Shown: positions 53,290-64,000 of the stretch, piece by piece | Layout of the letters: every line of letters starts with the position of its first letter | Numbering within the stretch: the first letter of the stretch is position 1 | NCBI GenBank assembly: GCA_963920595.1 | Contig: OY986946.1 | Location: 6,014,001 to 6,078,000 of the forward strand | Length of the DNA stretch: 64,000 nt | Reading direction: 5' to 3' | Origin: Eimeria praecox | Lineage: Eukaryota | The notes under the pieces: model-generated | Seen by the model: the letters and a program-made list of their open reading frames with translations, nothing else | What the model was told of the DNA's origin: nothing | Database searches by the model: none | Program-made: the position numbers and the translations under genes

Positions 53290-54803
53290 CTGGGGTGCTG
53301 CGTGCGCGGGAGTGCAGGTACTGCTCGCACTTCCTGAAAGGCATAAAGTGTCAAAATCCAGATTGTTCGTATCTGCACCAGTTGGGCTCTGGAAAGGACA
53401 GGTATGTTTATGCCCCTACCCGAAGTGCTGCTTCTGTTGTCTTGTGTCTGTGAGAATCTGCCGTTCTTCAGCAACTGGCAGGCCGCTGCGCGCTGCGGCG
53501 GCAGCGGCCTGCCAGTTGCAGCAGTAATCTGTGGGTGTGGGAATCAGAGGAGAAGCCAGCATGGGGGATGCTTGCGTGCTCGTGGGATGGAAGAAATAAG
53601 CCCGGCGGGGGGGGGGAGGGGGGGAGGGGGCGTGAGCGGGTCTAAGTCTTTTGTCGCTGCGTGGCAACTGCTGCGGCCTTGTTGTATTTGCTGCAGCTTC
53701 ACAAAGGAAGCGATGATCAGCGCCAAGCACCAATTCCTAGATCTGACGATTCCCAGCAACTCCGAACGAAAGCCCACGGGGAGTCTCTTCGGAAAGGTTC
53801 AGGACGGAGGAGCCCGCGCAGGCAGCAGCAGCAGCAGCAGCAGCGGCGGCGGTAGTGGACAGAAGGAGGACAAGGAGGTGCGGGAGGCTCTTGTGTGCAT
53901 GCAGTCATAAGTGCTCGGATGTTCTTTCAAATTTCAAAGCATTTGTCAGAGTTGAACCGAGATATGACAAACATGTTTTGCGCGGAGTTTGTTTTTTATT
54001 GTTTGAGCTGGGCTTGGGGGTTAGGACGCACTGAGACCAGGGAGCTGCTGTGTGCTATATGTGTGTGTGTGTGTGTGTGTGTTGCTATGTCCTTAGGGTC
54101 AGGGAGAATTGGCGGCGTACGTCTTTGAAGCTCATAGCTTTCTTCCTTATTTACTGCGGCTGTGTCGGGGTTGTGGCCAGACGACGCAGCCCCTCTCTTT
54201 GCATGCAATTTTCATGATATGTTCATGTTCTAGGGGAGAGTGCTTGGTGTTATTTGTGTTGTTTTCGGTGACAAACTGTATACGGTGTATAGCCACTGCC
54301 GCTAGCCACCCCACCACAGCGCCCAGACAACGACGCGCAGGGCTCTGTGTGATTTCCGCTGCTGCTGCAGGAACGGAGCAATTAAAGGCGGAGGCAGTGA
54401 GAGTGAAGACTCAGAGGAATGCTCTGCGGCAACCCCTCCATCGGGAACCGCATCCAGAGGCGGCGCCACCGCTGCAGCAGCAACACCGGCTACTACTACT
54501 GCTGCTGCTGCTGCTGCGCCGGCCGCAGCAGGACAGGCAGCTGTTGCAGCAGATAGCGAGGAGGCGCACACCGCCGCAGGAGCGAAGTCAAGAACAAAGC
54601 CCCAGTCATCTTGCTCTAGCACGTGGGCCTCAGTTGCAGCAGGAAGCGCAAAGCCCAGCGCTGCTTCTGCAGCAACAAATGCAACGGGTGCAGCATCTGG
54701 CCGTGAGGCAAGTCCCTGTGGCAGTGCCGCAAGCGGAAGCCAACGGCAGCAGCAACAGCAGCAGCAACAGCAGCAACAGCAACACCAACAACAGCAACAC
54801 CAA

Positions 54804-54859
<56 letters not shown>

Positions 54860-54860
54860 G

Positions 54861-54907
<47 letters not shown>

Positions 54908-57773
54908 GCACCAGCAACAGGATCAACAACAGCAGCGCAAGCAGCAGCAGCAGCAGTATTCGGCTTCTTCCCGTGATGTGAGTGCGCCGCCGCATCCACA
55001 GCAACAGCCACAGCAGCAGCCACAGCAGCAGCCAAAGCAGCAGCCAAAGCAGCAACAGGAGCAGGAGTATCAGCAGGAAGAGGAGGAACGGGAATCTGAA
55101 GATGAAATAAGCGACAAAGAAAAGGACAGAAGAGGGCTGTCAAGCGAGTGCTCCTCTCAAAGCGAGGAGAGGAATGCAGGGGATGCTACATCTGGCCCGG
55201 ACTGCTGCACGGTAGGAAGCGCAGGGGCAGATGCAGCCCCCACAGAAGCCGCAACATCTGTTGCCAGGAAGTCTGCTGTCTCTGAAGCAGCTAGCGCAAA
55301 GTCATTGGAGGAAACCCAACAGCCAGGGGCCTCCCCAAGCCCCACGGATGATAACAACAACTCGGGCCAGCAGCAACAACAACAGCAACAACAACAGCAA
55401 CGACAGCAGCAACAACAGCAACAACAACAACAGCAACAACAGCAACAACAACAACAGCAGCAACAACAGCAACAACAGCAACAACAACACCAGCAACAAC
55501 AACAGCAGCAACAACAGCAACAACAGCAGCAACAACTGCAGCAACAACACCAGCAACAACAACAACAACACCAACAACACCAACAACAGCATAAACAACT
55601 AGAACGAACAGACATGACTCAGCAACCCACAGGCTGGCCACCACTGCATGCAGATTTGCAGGCCATGGCTGCAGGGCATCAGCGGGCCGCCCTTGATCCT
55701 CCTGGGGCCTCTTGGATTCCGCCTGCTGCTGCTGCTGCGGGTGTCAACGAATGCCCGCAGCAGCTGCAGACGTTGATTCCACCGCAGGTACAGCAACGCC
55801 TGGTGCAGCAAATGGAGCAGCAACAGCGACGGCTTGGCGGCGTGCAGCTTGACAACAGCACAGCACAGTTGCTTGGGGTGGAGTCTTCTTCCTTCTCAGC
55901 AGAACAGCTCATGCAGCAGCAACTGCAACAACAGCAGCAACAGCAGCAACAGCAGCAGCAGCAGCTACTGATGCGTCTCTATGGTCCGGCTTGCATGGCT
56001 CCCGCAGTTGACAGTGTAGGGCCCGGAGGCGGCCGGTTTGGCCCACCTCCAGGCCTCGAGGCAATGGGGGGACCCAAAAGATATGGTGGGAGCAGCAGCA
56101 GCAGCAGATATAACTTGAATAGCGGCGCATTTGATGCCTCAGGGAGTCTCCTCGAGCAGCTGGGGGCTGCCGTTGGCGCAGCGGGTGTGCCTTTTTCTGG
56201 GGTACCACTCGCTGCATCTAGCACCAGCAGCAGCAGCAACAACAACAACAGTTCTTGCTTTGCCTTTGCTGCTAGAGGGGATGACGACGATGAGGCGGTG
56301 TTTGACATTCCAGGAGTTGAGGATTGTGTGCAGTGGCTCGCGACTCCCAGCACCGCTGCAGCCGCTGCCGCTGCGGCTGCAGCAGAAGGCCAAACGCCAG
56401 CAGATCATCTTCACCGGCAGCGGCAGCAGCAGCAGGGAGTTCTGCTCCCAAACACAGAACGGCCGTCTCTGCTGAACACAGGTACTGGGCGGGAGCAAGT
56501 ACCTCTACCGCTTGACGGGAGCTGGACGCAGCAGCAGCAGCAGCAGCAGCAGCAGCACAAAGATTTTGTTTTTGGGCCTGGTGTAGGGTTAGCATCGCTG
56601 CCTACTATTCAGCAGCAGCAGCAGCCGCAGCAGCAACCGCAGCAGCAGCGCCACCCCGCAGACTGGTGGCGAAATCTCCAGCTCTCTCCACCGATGATGC
56701 AACAGAAAGCGGACCTCGGTAGCGGTGCCGGCGTTGCTGCTGCTACAGTTGCCTTGAATCGTCTCGATCCCCAGAGTGCCCGTAGGGGAGGCGGGTGGAA
56801 CGCCCGCGACACCTTTATTGGACACGAGCAGCAGCGACAACAGCAGCAGCACTTGTTGCAACAGGAGCATCTGCAGCAGCTTCTTCGTCAGCAGCAGCAG
56901 GGGCTTCTACACCAGGCGCAGGCCAGAGTGCGCACGGCAGCGGCTCCAACGGAGCAGCAGCTCCATCAGCAATCGCAGTTGGTGCTGCAGCAGCAGGAAC
57001 AGGAGCGGCAGCTGGCTCTGCTACAGCAGCTAGTGCCTACGCACACTGTTGGTCGTGGGGGCACGGATGACCCTGAAGGCGCGATGAAGCTTTTGTTGTC
57101 CCTTATGCCAAACGCCCTGAATCAAACCCAGCGAATGGCTCCTCCTCCTCCCCAGCAGCAGCACCAACAGTTCAGGTACAGCGACAGCAACAACCCTAGC
57201 TTCCCCATGAGCGCATCAGGGAGTCGCAACCCCGATGCACTGGCTCGCATATTGGCAGCAAGGGGAGGAACAGCCTCTATGATTCCTCGAGCTCAAGTGG
57301 GAGCAGGTGTAGGTCCCCTGGGCAGGGGCGTAGTGGAAGTACCTGACGGTAGCTGGGCGGAACCGGTTGCTGCTGCTCCAGCAACTGCAGCTGTGCCTGA
57401 CAACTGCCACGGCCGATCGGCCCCTCGCAAGCGGTCCGTTTCCTCGGCTGAGGTCGAAGAGAGAAGCAGCGGGCCAGCCTGTGGGTTCTATGCTCAAGTG
57501 GGGTCGCACCTTCCGGAGCTTCAGCAGTTTCCTCCAGGCGCAGATGTGCGCGGAGGCCCCCCTGGACCCCCGGGGCCCCCGGGGCCTCCTGGGGCCCAGG
57601 GATCGCCTGGGGGAACCTCTGACGTTGATACCGTGCCACTTGTGGGGGTTCCGCCGTCGATTCCATCCGGCAACGATTTGCTGCCCTTCCTACAGGGAAG
57701 GAGGATGCAGCAAATCCCGCAGCAGCAGCTGCAGCAACTTCAGAGAGCCCTTGAGTCCCAGAGGCTGGAGTGA
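50595..57773 (+). CDS. NOT4: CCR4-NOT subunit 4 (RING E3 + RRM + CCCH) with a long low-complexity C-terminus; exons 50595-51170, 51415-51527, 51890-52250, 52546-52616, 52836-52967, 53318-53401, 53697-53877, 54097-54116, 54371-57773
   Basis: C4C4 RING CPLCLETLD...FPCECGYQVCLWCLHHI...KCPACRRDY; RRM VRVIQRCLVYVIGI..EFFGQYGKV..YVTY..GRTLKASFGTTK; CCCH YCSHFLKGIKCQNPDCSYLH followed by SFTKE. Confidence 0.93.
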
Positions 57774-60268
57774 GAAGCAGCAGCAGCAGGAGCAGCTGCT
57801 GCTGCGGGTGGAAGGAGGAGGATATGAGAGGGCGAGTACCTCAAGGGCGAAATAGTCGTCTTCGGGGGATCGGCGAAAAGGGCGTGACAAGGCTTGCTTT
57901 GTCTTCCTTTTGGCCGTCATAGTTTTGTGGTGGTGGTTGTTGGTGCGATGGGGTTGCCCTTAGTGCGCGGAGGCCTGGTACTCGCTTTGGCTCTCCTGCA
58001 GTGCCTGTTGCTTTACAGATACGTGAGCCTTTGAGAGCGTGGCCAGCTGGCTAGCTGGCGTCAACTGCACGGAAGGCAACTAGCCGGAGGCTAAGGGCTT
58101 TCCTCAGACAGTGAACGGAGGCGCCGAAGCTCGTGGCTTACATCAAAGATTGTTAAGTGCCAGGCCTGTGGGGTCAGCAGAGCTGTACCGTGTTGTTTAA
58201 GGGGGTGTGCAGAGACTCGCGAGCGGTCTCCGACAAGGTGCGAGCTCTTCTTTTTAAGGAGCGGTCGCTGGGGAGTAAGGCTAGTGGGGCTTGCGTACCC
58301 CACACGCCTTTCATTTCCCAGCAGCCTGTTCTGCAGCTACACAGGGTGAAGGGGCCTCCCCCTCACTCGAGAGCATATATGTTGATGAATTGGTGGATAA
58401 GCAGAGCACGTGCTTGAGCGGACAAAGGGGACTCGTCACGTGCGCCTGTCTTCGCTCCAGATGCCTCCAGGGTTCCACATGGGAGCCTTATACATGGTTG
58501 CATGCATGCATATATGCGTGATTGCATGCGTGGCTGCGACCGTGTTTAAGAGGAGCAAGCCAGTGCTAACTGTAAGACTCCCCATATCTAGAAAGAATGC
58601 AGATCTTCGTGCTGAAGGAAATGACTTCAGCGACAGCATTTATTTAGTTTCAGACGCATACAGCAGCCGCTTTGCGGTGCTCCGAATCATGGCGTTTAAC
58701 TTGACCCCTTCTCAGCGGGTTGGTGCTAGTTATGTAGCTCCTCTAACACTATGTTCGCCTCCTACAGGCATCAGCCAGCATCTCGCATGCCCTTCCAGAG
58801 CAACGGGAGCCTGTTAGCACTCAGAACAGGTCGGGTTTGCAAGGCAACTAGCTCACACAGTAAGAGTAGTGCTGCAACTACTCTGTATCTCTATATCTCT
58901 ATATCTCTATATCTATATATCTATATATCTCTATATATCTATGTATCTGTATGTCTATATAGATATATATGTATATATCTATATATCGATACATATCTAT
59001 ATATCTATACAGCTATATAGATATAGAGATATATAGTAGCTGCATACATATAACTGTAGCGCTCCATCAAAATTTTCAGCTCGAGAGGGATGCTTTCACC
59101 TTTGCTTATTACCTCTGCAGCACTGGGAAACCCATCAGCACTGCAGTACATAGGTTAGACCAGTACAAACAAAGATAGAAACGCACGTATTAAGACCACC
59201 GATGTTTCAAGGGTACCTACACCGTCCATTTTTATTCAACTGCTTTATTGCAAAACGAAGTCAATGTTCTAGTCTTCGGCAATAGTGGGAGGACTGTTCT
59301 TGATCCATAGTGATCCATAGTGATTCTTTTCTTCCCAGAGGGCGCTGTGCTGTTGGCGCCCTGGCAAGCAAGAAGAGCTTCCTTTGGATTACAGTTCTAA
59401 TGGGGCTCCACTATGCGCCACTGGAGTGAGCGCGCATGGCGTGTATGCGGGTGTGTGAGGATGCTTGTGCCTGTGTTCGTGATTAATTTATCTCAACAAC
59501 AGTCCTATCGTCCACTACTTGGATTATACTACATGCCAACGAAGGAACGTTTCCTTAATGCTGAAAATTTGAAATTTGCAGCAATTACATCCGACTACCA
59601 CTTCTTCCATACCTGGTTGAAATAGGATAAATCTTGGGAAACATAACATATATTATAGAGGGGAATGCATGCAACCTTTGCATTTAATACTATGGGTTAA
59701 AAATATTTAATATTTTTAAACCTATAATATTAAAGATATTTAAAAAGTAAATATACAAATACTTCATTACGTGCTTCGTATTTTACGTACTATTGTCCTC
59801 CACCCAGCCAAAAGACCAGTGGTCGGAACAGCAACAACTAAATGGCGAAACATTCAGATTAAAAGACTCTTTCCGCGTTTGTTGTATCTATTTAAAGAAG
59901 AAAAATGTTTTTAAATAACCGAATTTCTGGCATGACGTCTTCACAGATCACAAGTAGGAAGACGCATTGTCAAACATGGTCACTCGCCCTCCATCCACAT
60001 AGTCGCACCGCAATGGAGCGCAGTTTCTTAGCCCCAGAAAACATAGAGCTAAAAGGATATTGATTTGCATCTATTTACACCACAAACAAAATTAAACTTT
60101 TCCGTGTGAAGTTTTCTCTGTTCGCTGCGTGTGCGCCGTAGCGAGGCCGACTCACCGTTGCGTGCTTCCCCTGGTAGGCTTTCGAAAGTGATGGCGATCG
60201 TGCTTTTCACATCTGAGACTGACGTGTAGGCCACACTAGTATCGCAGTGTTCGTTGTTCATTGGAATA

Positions 60269-60727
60269 ATGGATCTCTTTTTCCGGTTTTTTGCTTTCAT
60301 TGCTGTCGCTATTATCGGCGCGGGCGCCTCGACACAGCGCCACTTCAGTGTGATCCGCGTTGCTTGCATCGCAGTAGATATAGTAATTCCTTTGTTGAGC
60401 GCAGGTCAAGCTGCACAACTGGAAGTCAAAATGGATGACCCAAATTCAAGTTCTTCAGACTCAGGATCAGGAGCGCCTGATGGAACCAAGCAGCAAAAAC
60501 CTTCGCCTTCTGATGGCCAGCACAGCGGTCAGCCCCCCCAGGAGCCGTCGGCTGCCAATTCAGCTGAACAAGCAGGCGCAGAAGAGGCTGCCAACCAAGC
60601 GGCTCTTAATGATCTCAGAGAGCATGGAACTCAGATGACAAAGGCAGAGAGAAAGCGGGCAGAGGAATACTTGAGGGCAAAATATGGGGCCACTGACCCT
60701 CAGTCGCCATCTGATGAGGCGCGGTAA
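60269..60727 (+). CDS. Small hypothetical secreted or membrane protein (152 aa)
   Basis: Repeat-free ORF with a hydrophobic N-terminus (LFFRFFAFIAVAIIGAGA), a second hydrophobic stretch, and a polar/helical tail. Confidence 0.5.
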   Translation: MDLFFRFFAFIAVAIIGAGASTQRHFSVIRVACIAVDIVIPLLSAGQAAQLEVKMDDPNSSSSDSGSGAPDGTKQQKPSPSDGQHSGQPPQEPSAANSAEQAGAEEAANQAALNDLREHGTQMTKAERKRAEEYLRAKYGATDPQSPSDEAR

Positions 60728-61343
60728 AGCACTCCGGAGTGACGCCACAGCAGCAGACAGTCGCTTGTACAGCGGAGAGGAATGCATCCCTGTAGTGACC
60801 ACCTACTTTGTAGCTATCGCATCATCCCTTCCCCTGTATTCACAAAGGCTTCCCTGCTTCATAGATTGCGGGCGGTGCCATCTCGGCCCCCAGCATGCTA
60901 TTTTATCAGACAGAATTTGGGGAAGCATATCAAGGGATTGGATGATTTTAGCACCCCAGCCAAATGACTAACAGTAGCAAGCTAAAGTAAATTCAGTTAC
61001 AGGGTAGGCATGGAGAGGCGACGCATAGTCAATGTTACAGTTCTTTTAACAGGATGAGAGCAGGCTTGTAGAATCACGTAAGCTTAACGTTGAATAGGAA
61101 CTAAGAGAAATGGGGCATGTGTGGAATGAAGCTCTCTCGGATAGCAACTGCAGCACTATTTAAGTACAAAATATTCCCTCGACATTCTCTGCATGCGGAC
61201 GCCACTGAGCGCCCAGCTAGGTAGCATCTGCTACAGCCTTCAACCCACTAGCTTAGCAGTGCCCAGCTGGGGAAATCGGTTTGCCAGCCATGCACTGTGC
61301 TGTTCTGAGGGCCACGCATTGGCACAACAGCTCTGGCAGCCAA

Positions 61344-61429
<86 letters not shown>

Positions 61430-61508
61430 GAAATGCGATAGCAGAAAGGCTAGACCACCGCCTACTGCTGCTACGCCGCTATGCCGCAGGGTTGTCTGCC
61501 TCTGGCAG

Positions 61509-63928
<2,420 letters not shown>

Positions 63929-64000
63929 CTGCAGCGGGAACGCGCGTTATCTCGAATGAGGCATGTAAACAGGAAAAGACAGGGGAGGCTCCTATCGGCA

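Overview
Eukaryotic, intron-rich DNA from a coccidian apicomplexan, almost certainly Eimeria. It shows the genus signature: pervasive (CAG)n giving poly-Q/A/S tracts, interstitial TTTAGGG arrays, TGCATGCA octamers and GGGCCC runs. Gene models were assembled by hand using splice consensus and frame phase: Sec13 (+), a coiled-coil hypothetical protein (-), a PhnP-like metallo-beta-lactamase (+), a 17-exon ClpB with a probable bipartite apicoplast leader (-), a PTAR1-like prenyltransferase alpha subunit (+), a large hypothetical protein (+), the tRNA methylthiotransferase CDKAL1 (-), NOT4/CNOT4 (+), a small putative secreted/membrane protein (+), and the 3' part of a divergent MAGE/Nse3-like gene (-) that the ORF track largely misses. 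A repeat-poor island at about 45.3-50 kb may be a decayed LTR retrotransposon. Notable observations: the cryptic Nse3-like gene; a dispersed palindrome family (core GGTGTACGTACACC) that often sits at intron ends; tandem duplications seeded at stop codons and at a splice donor; two GC-AG introns; and a frame-restoring 20-nt microexon. Most ORFs in the track are alternate-frame readings of microsatellites. All calls come from reading the sequence by eye; no searches were run.
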